A stretch of 64,000 nucleotides of DNA, taken from Nitrospinaceae bacterium. GTDB lineage: Bacteria > Nitrospinota > Nitrospinia > Nitrospinales > Nitrospinaceae. This document shows positions 9,667-20,000 of this stretch, piece by piece. The notes beneath the pieces were generated by a model. The model worked only from the letters and a program-made list of their open reading frames with translations. It was not told the origin of the DNA and searched no databases. A program made the position numbers and the translations under genes. The DNA is taken from the NCBI GenBank assembly GCA_965223665.1, contig OZ245011.1, forward strand, positions 1,760,001-1,824,000. Direction: 5' to 3'. How positions within the stretch are numbered: the first letter of the stretch is position 1; each line of letters begins with the position of its first letter.

Positions 9667-10335
9667 ATGAAGACATCTCATTCACACATTAAGACCTATG
9701 CAACTCGTATAGTCAGAATGTTTGTATTAACGCTCACTTTACTGGCGCTGGCTCTTCCAGCCTATGCAGACATTCCTGTTAAGTTTTTTGGAGAACTGAC
9801 ACCGAACGCACTGGATGCTGAATTCGAAACGGTCGTAAATGATTTTTTTAATAACGATCCCAGAAATCGCGGGGACTTCGCCTGTTTTCAGGGGGACTTA
9901 TTGAATCTCACTACCGGAAATCCAATAGGAACAGGTATTGATTGTTTAAGTATCGCCCCAATCAATGACACCACCAATGGTGACACCACCGGGGGCGTAC
10001 CCGATGTGGGGGTGATTAATAACACGGTTGATGTCAGTTTAGTTATTGATGCAGTGACTTTCTTTTTTCTTCCCGGGGGCTATATTATAAATGACGGCTT
10101 AACTACCGTTCGACCCTTTTTTGAGGGTGTGGGTAATGGCGATGGGACCGATAACGAAGGGAGTGTCACACACATTACCGGTTCTGTTCCCGGCGAATCC
10201 GCAAGTATTGTCTCTGCTACAGGAAGGTTTGCCAATTTAGAAAATTCAGGAAACGTGCGTCTATCCGGTGCGGTGAATCTCGGGCTGCCGGGCACCGTTT
10301 TCTTTAGCTGCATATTTGTGATCCAATTCGGTTAA
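9667..10335 (+). CDS. Secreted protein, allene-oxide-cyclase/dirigent-like barrel
   Basis: Signal peptide (PAYA), TGNPIGTGIDC and IVSATGRF...SGNVRLSG. RBS AGGAGG. Confidence 0.55.
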   Translation: MKTSHSHIKTYATRIVRMFVLTLTLLALALPAYADIPVKFFGELTPNALDAEFETVVNDFFNNDPRNRGDFACFQGDLLNLTTGNPIGTGIDCLSIAPINDTTNGDTTGGVPDVGVINNTVDVSLVIDAVTFFFLPGGYIINDGLTTVRPFFEGVGNGDGTDNEGSVTHITGSVPGESASIVSATGRFANLENSGNVRLSGAVNLGLPGTVFFSCIFVIQFG

Positions 10336-10381
10336 GTGATTTTAAATTGAGGTTTTTAACAATTTAAAATGAGGGGGACTT

Positions 10382-10903
10382 ATGAAGCTATTCAGTTTTT
10401 ATTCGATATGTTTTATTTTATTACTGCAAGCCACTTCTTACGCCAGCGATAAAGTAATCCAAAGTGCGGAAAGCGCTGCCTTTCCCGCCTTATCGTCCAA
10501 CGCCACCATCATGGATTGGAATGACAAAGTCATCCGTAAAGGAACCAACGGCTGGACTTGTCTTCCCGACCGCGACACACCGGGAAACGATCCCTGGTGT
10601 GTGAACGAGGCGTGGATGAACTTCTTACAAGCTTATAAATCCAAAACCAAACCTTCTTATGATCAGGTTGGAGTGGCTTATATGCTGCAGGGGGACACCC
10701 CAGTAAGTAATAGCGACCCTTATGCCACAAAACCCGATGGTAACTGGGTCACGGGTTTGGGGGCTCATCTCATGATTCTGGTTCCGGATAAAAAATCCAT
10801 TGCCAGTTATCCATCCGATTGGAAACAAGGCGGTCCCTGGATCATGTGGGGAGGCACTCCCTACGAGCACTTGATGGTGCCACTCGATAAAGTTGGGAAA
10901 TAA
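10382..10903 (+). CDS. Secreted hypothetical protein
   Basis: Signal peptide, then GTNGWTCLP, GVAYMLQGD, HLMILVP and HLMVP motifs. Confidence 0.75.
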   Translation: MKLFSFYSICFILLLQATSYASDKVIQSAESAAFPALSSNATIMDWNDKVIRKGTNGWTCLPDRDTPGNDPWCVNEAWMNFLQAYKSKTKPSYDQVGVAYMLQGDTPVSNSDPYATKPDGNWVTGLGAHLMILVPDKKSIASYPSDWKQGGPWIMWGGTPYEHLMVPLDKVGK

Positions 10904-10959
10904 TTATTGATCTAATTTTTATTGTGCATTTGCTTCCTAAGTTTGTGGGCAAATCTCGG

Positions 10960-10988
10960 CCGCTGAGGGATAACCCTCAGCGGTTTTT
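10960..10988 (+). terminator. Rho-independent terminator
   Basis: CCGCTGAGGG-ataa-CCCTCAGCGG followed by TTTTT. Confidence 0.9.
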
Positions 10989-11319
10989 GTATTTTTAGTC
11001 TATTTAACAAAACTTTTTGACGCCTAAAATTTTTTTCCTTTCAAAAAATATTAAAAATTTTTCTACAAAAAATGATATGTACCCATTAAATTTCCACATG
11101 GTAAGTTTAGTTTGTTTAAAGATAATAAATTTGTTTCCATAGCGGACCTCGGTTTGTTTCGAGTTCTATTATTTATTCGTTGCAATCTAACTCGAATGTT
11201 TATCTTAGAAGACTACCGCTTCCACAAATGATTATACTTTTAGAATTGGAATCATTGAATATTTGCTAATATATTTTATCGGCCAATTTTGAGTTCAATT
11301 TTCTCTGAGACGTTGCCGG

Positions 11320-11492
11320 TAAGGAAAATTTTATTTCATCCTAAAGGTTGGGTAAAATAAGACACTTTTTGGGAACGTGCGCAACCCGAAAACAGGTTCC
11401 CGATTTTAACAGCACGACTCTAATTCTATGAAACGAAAATTCAATTCGATTTCAGTTGAAAAAGCTTCCGGAGACTCGCAGAATTTTCCCAG
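11320..11492 (+). repeat. Direct repeat copy 1 (~173 bp)
   Basis: Matches 22065-22238 except for one T missing near the 3' end. Offset 10745 bp. Confidence 0.95.
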
Positions 11493-11520
11493 AGTCTCCC
11501 CTCCCTGCAATCCAGCTTGA
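11428..11520 (+). pseudogene. Truncated 5' duplicate of the ATP-cone/nuclease gene at 22173
   Basis: Encodes MKRKFNSISVEKASGDSQNF, identical to the 22173 gene, then diverges and stops. Confidence 0.85.
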
Positions 11521-11826
11521 CAATAAAGACAAATTCAATTATTTTCTTCAAACCGATAAAGTTTTATTGTAAATCTATAATTTCGAAATACCGACTCAGG
11601 GATTAGTGGGAAACAGGCTCCAAGAACCTGGAGTTTTTAAGGTAAAACCTGATTTTGGAAATGGTTTACTTAAAATTCATTCTTAAAACCATCTATAAAC
11701 TTTATCCGATGAGTCAAATATTTTTGAGCTTTAATAGGTCTACCAGCTAAATCCACTAAATGGATTGGTATAAATTGTTTTAAAAGTTTGTCCTTAAATT
11801 AATTACTCAACTGAGTATAAATTTTT

Positions 11827-14800
11827 ATGGCACTTGAGACGACAAAACCTACCTTCCCAAAAAAAATCAAAGTATTCCTTTCGTATTCACGAAAAGACGT
11901 AGATCTTGCAGTTTTATTGCAAGAGCAATTGGAAAAACTCGGTTACGAAGTGTTTCGTGATGTTCATGATATTGCCTATGGTGAGGAATGGAGGCAGCGT
12001 ATAAAAAACCTGATCACCAAATCCGACGTTGTAGTTTTTGTATTATCTCCCCGTTCTGCAGAATCGATTGAATGCCAAAGGGAAGTAGAATTTGCAGATT
12101 CGCTTACGAAACGAATCATCCCTCTGGTCATTGAAGAGGTAGACTGGAAATCCGTGCCCGGAGGACTTGCCGAAAGAAACAGTTTTACAATAAATAAAGA
12201 AGAGATTAATAGTGAATTGCCTGAGGCTTTTATCACTGCCATAGAAACGGATATAGATTGGGTTCGGGAACACACTCGCCTGGGAGAACTGGCGCAATAT
12301 TGGGAGAAAAACTCAAAAGCCGAAAACCTATTACGTGGAAAAGAATTAAAAGCCGCTGAAAGTTGGCTTACCAAACCACCTCCACCCTCAGCCAGACCAC
12401 CCAGTGAATCACATCACGGGTTTATTCAGGCGAGTCAGGTTGAAGCTCAATCGCGGTTATATAAATGGATTGCAGGATCGGCAATAACCCTGTTAATTAT
12501 TATTGTGATTAGTATCTACGGAATTCAACAAAGAGAACTCAAGGAACAGCAGGAGAATTTTACTACGATTGCTAATGCTAAGAAGCTAAGCACAAAAGCA
12601 TTTCAAGTCACGAGTGAAGGTAATGCCACGCTAGGAACCCTTTTATCTCTGGAAGCGCTTTCCAAAACGAAAAGCATCAAGGATACCACCGTGCCCGACC
12701 CGGAAGCTTCCCTCCTGAACGCAATTTTTGCACAACAGGAAAAACACGTTTTGGAGGGACATAAAGGGGGAATCAATCAAGTCAACTTTTCACCCAATGG
12801 TAAATTGGCCGTGACTGCCTCACTAGATCAAACTGCTCGAGTATGGGATGTGGATACAGGGAAATCCATTCATACTTTAAAGGGCCATAAAGGACAAGTT
12901 TATTCTGCCCGATTTTCCAAAGATGGGAAAAAAATTATAACCGGTTCTTCGGACGACACTGCTCGAATTTGGTCGGTAAAAACGGGAAAGGAAATTATCA
13001 AATTAGTAGGTCATCAAAATGATGTTTTGAATGCGTTCTTTTTTGCCAATGATTCAAAAATAGCCACCGCATCCTGGGATGGGACGGCACGGATTTGGGA
13101 TGCTAATACGGGAAAGGAAATAGAATCATTTTGTCATAAAGCACAAGCCGTTTTCTGGGTAGATGTCTCACCAAATGGCAAGCGTCTGGTCACAGCTTCG
13201 GCCGATAAAACAGCTAAATTGTGGGATTTAGAAACAGGAAAAGAAATAAACACTTTAAACCATGATCATTGGGTATTACAGGCTACTTTCTCTCCAAATG
13301 GTAGCCGCATAATCACTGCCTCCTGGGACACAACCGCTAAACTTTGGGATGGCCACTCGGGAAAACTCCTTTCTATTTTAAAAGGCCATGTCCAAGGAGT
13401 TAGTAAAGCATTATTTTCGCCCAATGGAAAAAATATTGTCACTGCTACAGCATATAAAGAAATTGGGCTTTGGAATTCCAAAACAGGGAAATTGTTGAAT
13501 ATCTTTAAGGAACATCGCGGTCAAGTTAATGATGTTAGATTTTCTTCTGATAACCAGCGGTTGATTTCAGCTTCGGCAGATGGGACTTCCCGAATATGGG
13601 ATATAAAAAACAAAAAAGAATTAAAAATATTGTCTGCCCATTTCGGAAAAGTTTGGTCAGCAGCCTTTTCTCCAGATGGGAAATCGATAGTCACGGGTTC
13701 CGAAGATAAAACTGCAAGACTGTGGGTTGCAAAATCGCCCATTCATTCTCTGGATTTATTGGATCATAAAGATCGCATCCATAGCATAAAGTTATCTCCC
13801 GATAAAACTACATTTTTGACTTCATCAGATGATCGAACCGCCAGGATATGGAATATTAAAACAGGAAAATCCATCGCTCTTATTGGACACACTCATGATG
13901 TCTGGTATTCCATATATTCTAAAGATGGAAATCGAGCACTAACAGCTTCAAAAGATGGAACAGCTCGAATTTGGGACACCTCGAATGGAAAACTATTACA
14001 CACCCTTCCACAAGAGAAATTGAATCATGTTCATTTTTCTCCAAATGGAGAACAGGTGGTAACCGGAGGAGAAAAAGGAGCCAATATTTGGAGTGTAAAA
14101 TCTGGAAAAAAAATTAAGACCTTGATCAAGAAAGGTAAAACTGTCAATTATGTAGAATTTTCTCCTAAGGGTAATAGAATAGTCACGGCAACAGCAAAGT
14201 ATGGATCGGATAAAAGATCTATTGCACCGGAACCAGGAGATGGAACTCTACAACTTTGGAATAACGAAGGAAAACTAGTTGAATCTATGGATGGACATAC
14301 ACAGCAGGTTATCAATGGAGAGTTTTCAATAGATGGGAAATACTTAGTAACCACATCCTGGGATCATACAGCTGGATTATGGAATGCTCTTACGGGCCAT
14401 CTGATTTATTTTTTGAAAGGTCATTCGGAGGCTGTAAAAGTCGCCAGGTTTTCGTCTGATGGAAATTTTATTGTGACTGGTTCTTCAGATAATAGAGCAC
14501 GGGTATGGGATATAAGAAAACCCAAACCTTCCTCCATAGCTTTAATCGGACACCAAGGAGAAGTAACCGACGCATCGTTTTCGGAAGATAACCGACTTGT
14601 TTTTACTACTTCCGAGGATGGCACCGCACGTGTTTGGCAAAGAGAAAGCGGTATCCCTGTTTTAATTCTTGATGGACACAAAAATTTTGTGAGTGGTATG
14701 CAAGTCCTTTCAAATGAGAAATTAGCCACTGTTTCCTGGGACAGCACAGTGAAACTTTGGACATTCCCCATAGGTTTCAAAAATAACTGGAAAGATTATG

Positions 14801-14883
14801 CTTTGCAAACGCTTCCTCGAGAGAAATTATCTTATGATGAAAAACTTCTATATCTCGAAAAAGTTAAAAGTTTAAAAAAATGA
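11827..14883 (+). CDS. TIR domain - TM helix - WD40 repeat protein (~16 repeats)
   Basis: KVFLSYSRKD and SIECQREVEFA (TIR, catalytic Glu position kept), TM WIAGSAITLLIIIVISIYG, and GH...W repeats. Confidence 0.92.
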   Translation: MALETTKPTFPKKIKVFLSYSRKDVDLAVLLQEQLEKLGYEVFRDVHDIAYGEEWRQRIKNLITKSDVVVFVLSPRSAESIECQREVEFADSLTKRIIPLVIEEVDWKSVPGGLAERNSFTINKEEINSELPEAFITAIETDIDWVREHTRLGELAQYWEKNSKAENLLRGKELKAAESWLTKPPPPSARPPSESHHGFIQASQVEAQSRLYKWIAGSAITLLIIIVISIYGIQQRELKEQQENFTTIANAKKLSTKAFQVTSEGNATLGTLLSLEALSKTKSIKDTTVPDPEASLLNAIFAQQEKHVLEGHKGGINQVNFSPNGKLAVTASLDQTARVWDVDTGKSIHTLKGHKGQVYSARFSKDGKKIITGSSDDTARIWSVKTGKEIIKLVGHQNDVLNAFFFANDSKIATASWDGTARIWDANTGKEIESFCHKAQAVFWVDVSPNGKRLVTASADKTAKLWDLETGKEINTLNHDHWVLQATFSPNGSRIITASWDTTAKLWDGHSGKLLSILKGHVQGVSKALFSPNGKNIVTATAYKEIGLWNSKTGKLLNIFKEHRGQVNDVRFSSDNQRLISASADGTSRIWDIKNKKELKILSAHFGKVWSAAFSPDGKSIVTGSEDKTARLWVAKSPIHSLDLLDHKDRIHSIKLSPDKTTFLTSSDDRTARIWNIKTGKSIALIGHTHDVWYSIYSKDGNRALTASKDGTARIWDTSNGKLLHTLPQEKLNHVHFSPNGEQVVTGGEKGANIWSVKSGKKIKTLIKKGKTVNYVEFSPKGNRIVTATAKYGSDKRSIAPEPGDGTLQLWNNEGKLVESMDGHTQQVINGEFSIDGKYLVTTSWDHTAGLWNALTGHLIYFLKGHSEAVKVARFSSDGNFIVTGSSDNRARVWDIRKPKPSSIALIGHQGEVTDASFSEDNRLVFTTSEDGTARVWQRESGIPVLILDGHKNFVSGMQVLSNEKLATVSWDSTVKLWTFPIGFKNNWKDYALQTLPREKLSYDEKLLYLEKVKSLKK

Positions 14884-14914
14884 TTAACTACCTTATCCAA
14901 ACATCGCCGATTAA

Positions 14915-15742
14915 TTGAATTTGGTAAATTATTTGCACAAACTCAATACATTCACAAATAAATTTCTTTTTGCAATTTTATCTTATATTTTATTTTCTAG
15001 TTGCGCATCCCCTTCGGTTTCATTTGATGAAACCGCCGCATCTTATCAATTTAAAAAAGGAACCGTTAAGGGCAAAAGCTTTAATCACATCGTTTATTAT
15101 AATAAAAACCCCTCAACCAAAATGCTCCGCGTGTATTTAGGAGGTGACGGAACACCTATACTTTATGGAAAACCTTCCAATGACCCTACCCCCAGAAATC
15201 CAATCACGCTTCAACTCATGGCATTAGATCCAAATTCGACCATTTTTTTAGGGCGTCCCTGCTATCATGGTTTGGCAAACTCTCCTGAATGTTTTCCTAA
15301 ATATTGGACTGGGGCTCGCTATTCGGAACCGGTAGTGAAGAGTATGGCCTCGGCGATTCGCAAAATTTACCAAACGGGTGGATATAAATATATTGAACTG
15401 TTTGGTTATTCGGGTGGAGGTACTCTGGCTATGTTATTGGCTGAGCGATTACAGAAGACGCAACGGGTAGTTACCATTGCCGCTAATCTCGATGTCCACA
15501 ACTGGGCAAAGCATCATGAAATTCCCGGGTTGGAAGCATCTCTTAATCCCATACTTCGACCTATTTTACCGAACCACATTGAGCAAAACCATTATGTTGG
15601 GGAAGAAGATTATGTAGTGCCTCAAAAGTTCACTGCACAAGGAGTACGTGGTCAAAATTCCCGGTTAATTGTGGTAGAGAATTTTAACCACATTTGTTGT
15701 TGGGTTGATTATTGGCCACGGATATTCAAAGAATTGAACTAG
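14915..15742 (+). CDS. Alpha/beta-hydrolase lipoprotein
   Basis: Lipobox-like FSSC, GYSGGG nucleophile elbow, GEEDYVVP (Asp) and FNHICCW (His). Confidence 0.85.
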   Translation: MNLVNYLHKLNTFTNKFLFAILSYILFSSCASPSVSFDETAASYQFKKGTVKGKSFNHIVYYNKNPSTKMLRVYLGGDGTPILYGKPSNDPTPRNPITLQLMALDPNSTIFLGRPCYHGLANSPECFPKYWTGARYSEPVVKSMASAIRKIYQTGGYKYIELFGYSGGGTLAMLLAERLQKTQRVVTIAANLDVHNWAKHHEIPGLEASLNPILRPILPNHIEQNHYVGEEDYVVPQKFTAQGVRGQNSRLIVVENFNHICCWVDYWPRIFKELN

Positions 15743-17042
15743 GGATACGAACACCAATCATCCCGGCATGGCTGTTAAAGAATGAATGAAAAAGCATCGA
15801 ACGATAGTTTACAAAAATTTGGATCTTACTTTGGAGTAATAAGGTAACTCCTGCATTGAGTTCCATCCAATCCCGATCCGGAGATTGTGTTTGAAATAAG
15901 AAACGTTTTGCTCGCGTATCATCTACAAAGCTAACCGCCACGTCTCGCTGATCATTTTCAAATTCGTGTAGCCAATCTAAAGTTAACAAAGGTACAATTC
16001 CAATTTCATTAAAAGAAAGACCGCTATAAATCGTTTTAAGACCCAATCTAGATTTAAATGAACTTATTGTATCATCGTGAAAAGTAAGACCTAAACCATC
16101 GCCTCCCGCTTCACTATAAGTTGCAAAATTTATATAAAAAAATTCAGCTCCCACTTGTGGCATAAGCACAAAAGATGTACCTTCCACTTTGTATTTAAAA
16201 CTAACTAATGCGTTACCTATAAATTCATTGGCATGAAAATCCGTTTCAGCTAACCCACCATGAATGTTTACAGGATTTTCAGTAATAAAATTTGTAATTC
16301 GACTTCGATTATATTTCTTATATGAATATCCCCCTAAAAAGCTAAGGAATAAATTGTCGATTGGTCTATACAATCCAAACCCCAATAATCCAAATGAATT
16401 AATTTTAAAATCTCCTTGATTAGTAAAATCTCCATAGTGATGAGAGTAATTCAACACCGCACCCCCTGAAAAGCGATCAGAAAACCGATAATCAAAACCA
16501 GCTAAAAGCTGGTTAATACTTGATTCAAATCCATTTGCAAACTCTGTCACGTCTCTATCTAATATCTGATGCTCTACTGAAAAAAGGAATTTCAATTTTT
16601 TATCAAGAAATAAATTACTGTCAGAACTCCCACCATTTACTTTTTTAGTTCCTACATTTAATTTAGCTACTTCCCTAGCTTTTTGCTGAAAAGCAGGGGG
16701 CAATGTTGTAGGGGCTCCCCCGTTAGATGTGGGAGCCGAAGAAGGAGAAGTAGTTGGCGTATCTGGAATCCGCGAACAGATTACTCTCAGGTTTCCTGTC
16801 AAATCACCTACATTGCCACCACCTCCCAGCAATTTACCACAAACCAAACCATCAACCTTCAATTGCTCATTTATTGCCTGATCCAATGTAAGCGCATGAA
16901 CTCTCGAAACAATTACAAAAAAGCAACAAATTCCAACAGAAACTGTTTTAAGGTGTTTTGTCACAATATTAAATAAGATCCTAATCATACTCTTTTTATA
17001 GCAAATCAAAATCAAGGCTTTGGGATTCAACGAATAAATCAA
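15726..17042 (-). CDS. Autotransporter-type outer-membrane beta-barrel with very short passenger
   Basis: AGFDYRFSD, YSEAGGDGLGL, SRLG and WLHEF barrel motifs. Signal peptide ends VHA. Start is probably ATG 16988. Confidence 0.85.
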   Translation of the reverse strand: MIYSLNPKALILICYKKSMIRILFNIVTKHLKTVSVGICCFFVIVSRVHALTLDQAINEQLKVDGLVCGKLLGGGGNVGDLTGNLRVICSRIPDTPTTSPSSAPTSNGGAPTTLPPAFQQKAREVAKLNVGTKKVNGGSSDSNLFLDKKLKFLFSVEHQILDRDVTEFANGFESSINQLLAGFDYRFSDRFSGGAVLNYSHHYGDFTNQGDFKINSFGLLGFGLYRPIDNLFLSFLGGYSYKKYNRSRITNFITENPVNIHGGLAETDFHANEFIGNALVSFKYKVEGTSFVLMPQVGAEFFYINFATYSEAGGDGLGLTFHDDTISSFKSRLGLKTIYSGLSFNEIGIVPLLTLDWLHEFENDQRDVAVSFVDDTRAKRFLFQTQSPDRDWMELNAGVTLLLQSKIQIFVNYRSMLFHSFFNSHAGMIGVRIPSSIL

Positions 17043-17076
17043 AAATTGTTTTTATTTTGTTTCATTGGGATTAATG

Positions 17077-20000
17077 TTATTTGAAAATGTTTTTAAACCA
17101 ATCAAAAAACCTCTGAAACCCATTTTTTTTACCAAATCGGGAAACTTGTCCTTCATAAATTATTTCATCTAACAAACTAAGGGAAAAATTAGTCTCCGGG
17201 TCGCCGACAAGATCAAGGGTATAACCCCCATTTTGATGATCTGTTACCTTCTGAAGCCTTATATTATTTCCGGCAACTTTGAACCCACTTCCTTGAGCGG
17301 GACCAATAAATCGGCCATCTTTTCTTTTAGGCCTCAGTTCAATTTTTATTAATCGGTTATTAGAGCTGCCAGGTGTTCCTAAACTTTTCACATTTAAAGA
17401 AGAATTATCGGGGTCAATTGCATCGAAACGAACATAAACACTTTGTAGAGCAGTGCGTTGAATGTCCCCCATCTCTTTACTTTTATTGGTTGCATAGTAA
17501 ATCACATGATAAACCCCCGAAATTCCGAATGGCTTAAAGGAGGCAGTGTATTGCCCATTTCCCTGATGTTTTAAAAGCGTAGAGTTTTCAGTTCGTTGCA
17601 GTTGTTTTAAAAATTTGGAATCATTTTTTAATAAAAACTCGTATTTTTGTTGACCAGCAGATTCAGCATCGGGTTTTTTATTCAGGTCTTTCACTTTATG
17701 CTCGTGCTTAGCTAACAAATCGCCAACATCATCGCCAGGTTGCAAAATGATTGCTTTAACCGTGGCATCTTTAATCGGTTGTCCCCGCCAACTCAAGCTA
17801 ACATTCGGAACAAACGGTTGATTGACACGCGGCGAACTTGGATTAACTGACCAAGTCATGTCCAATCGATGATCGTCACCGTAAACCACAACACGGTAGT
17901 CCAGAGGTGGGCCTTTCGGCTTATTTATTTCTATGGAATATTTTCCTTGAGGTTCCATGGAAACAATTTCGCCCTTAATTCTTTTAGAAAAAAAAGTTTT
18001 AAAAAGTATAAAATTAGTAGGACCTTCAGAAAAAATGGGTTGGAAAAATTCTGTGACATCTACAGAATTTCTTTTAAACCTAATTCCATTTTTAATTTCT
18101 AAAATTTTTTGACGCGAAATATTTTTAGACAAAGAAACCTTAACCAGTAATTGAGAAACTTTATTGACATCAAAAAAAGGTAACGTTGCGGAATGTGGTC
18201 CACCGGAAAATTTCACAGTATCCACTGTGATCATTTGCGGACTATTTCCATAGAGTGCAGGTCCAAGCGCACAATCGAAAATAGCACTCATAGTACCATT
18301 GCAGGTAGTAATCCCACCTAAATTATCAAAGAAGTTTCCGTCAGTTGTAACAATGTAATCTCCTCCACTGCTGGATGCCAACTGTTGCAATATCGTGTGA
18401 TAGGTCATACCAACATTCGTATCAATGCCAACTGTAATTATCTTAGCTTTTGGACTACACCCCCCATTGTGAATTGGCATAGGGTCGGAAATGCCATCCC
18501 CATATTGGCATCCATTTAACACCACTTGATCACCCGAGCCGTTTTGCCGACCATCAGTAAATAACACAACAACATTTTTATCATCAGCCATTGGATCATC
18601 AATTAAACCTAAACCCGCTTTAAGACCTGAACCTAAAGGGGTACCGCCTGTTGGAAAGCTACCGGAAAATTCCGAATTAACCGTTAAAACTGCGTTTGAG
18701 CTATCATCTATGATGGATGGTTCGGTCAAATCATTACCAATCCTATGAAAACGTACCGACCCCAGCCGACTATTGGGAGGAGCCACTTGGGAAATCATTG
18801 TTGCAAATTGCTGAGCTGAACCTCCTATTTTATCCCACCGACTCGGCATCCCAGAACCCATACTTCCGGATTGATCCAATACAAATGCAATATCTGTCTG
18901 ATCATATATTGTTCTTAAACAATTTAGGAATTTTGGTTCAGGCCAATCCATTTCGGCACCTGATATTGAGGGCATCGTATCCGCGTTATCTAGTAAAATA
19001 GCGTGTATTTCTTCTGGAGTGAGAGTTGAGTTTTTCCACTCTCTATTTGTCGCTGCGAGAACAGCAGCACACCCTGAAACCAAAGGAACCGCCCAACTTG
19101 CTCCATAATCTAGTGGTCCACCCGCATCATTTGCTTCAGGCAAATCCCAGCCGGGAGCATAAATTTCCCCTATTTTGGTTTTTAAATTCCCTTCTACCTC
19201 TGCGCGACAAGAGTCTCCACGATTATCATTCCTGTCAGTACCTCCAACAGTTAGTATTCTAGCTGCAAGATTAACGGAACAAGGAGTAGTGCAATCAAAA
19301 GAAGACCCATAACCATATCTACCAGGGTAACCTGCCTCTTCCTCCGAAACTGTACATATTCCCATTCCATTAGGACTCACTTCAATATTGCCTGCAGAAG
19401 CAGTGACTAGGATATTGCCGCAAACTGCATGACATAAGGCATCTCTAATTTCAGGTACATTTTGTGCATTCCCAGCACTAATATTTATCACATCGATCTG
19501 GTGATCTTGGTGATCATGCGCTTCTCTTGCACAATAAATAGCCCCTTCTAATTGGAAATCACCCAGATTTCTATCAATTCGGTAAAGTGTTGTATTGGGA
19601 GCAATCCCTTCATCTACATTATCAGAGGCAGGATTTCCCGTAATTAACGCCGCGACCTTATTTCCATGATGGTTTCCCCCATGAACCAATTGACCTGGAT
19701 TTACATAGTGATTATAGCAAACCAAATTTTCCATATTAATGTTTTCCACTCCGGATTCAAATGGGATCACTCCCCCACTTGGGCAAGCGTCACCCCCTCC
19801 TCCACATGGAGTACCTGCCTCCAATACAGCTACCCCTGCTCCCTTTCCAAACAAAATTGATTCGGCAATTGGAAATGATTCGGGTCTTAAGTTAAAACCC
19901 CCAACAGTATCAATCCACCAATGGCTTGATGTAGGTGGGACGAAATAATTTGGCGAAGCTTTCTTAATTTCATTTTTATATTTGACATTTTGAAATTCAA

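Noticed and set aside
11635-11675. Imperfect inverted repeat with bulged bases, considered as an integron attC site
   Set aside because: No RYYYAAC/GTTRRRY boxes, no integrase, and neighbouring genes are not in cassette orientation.
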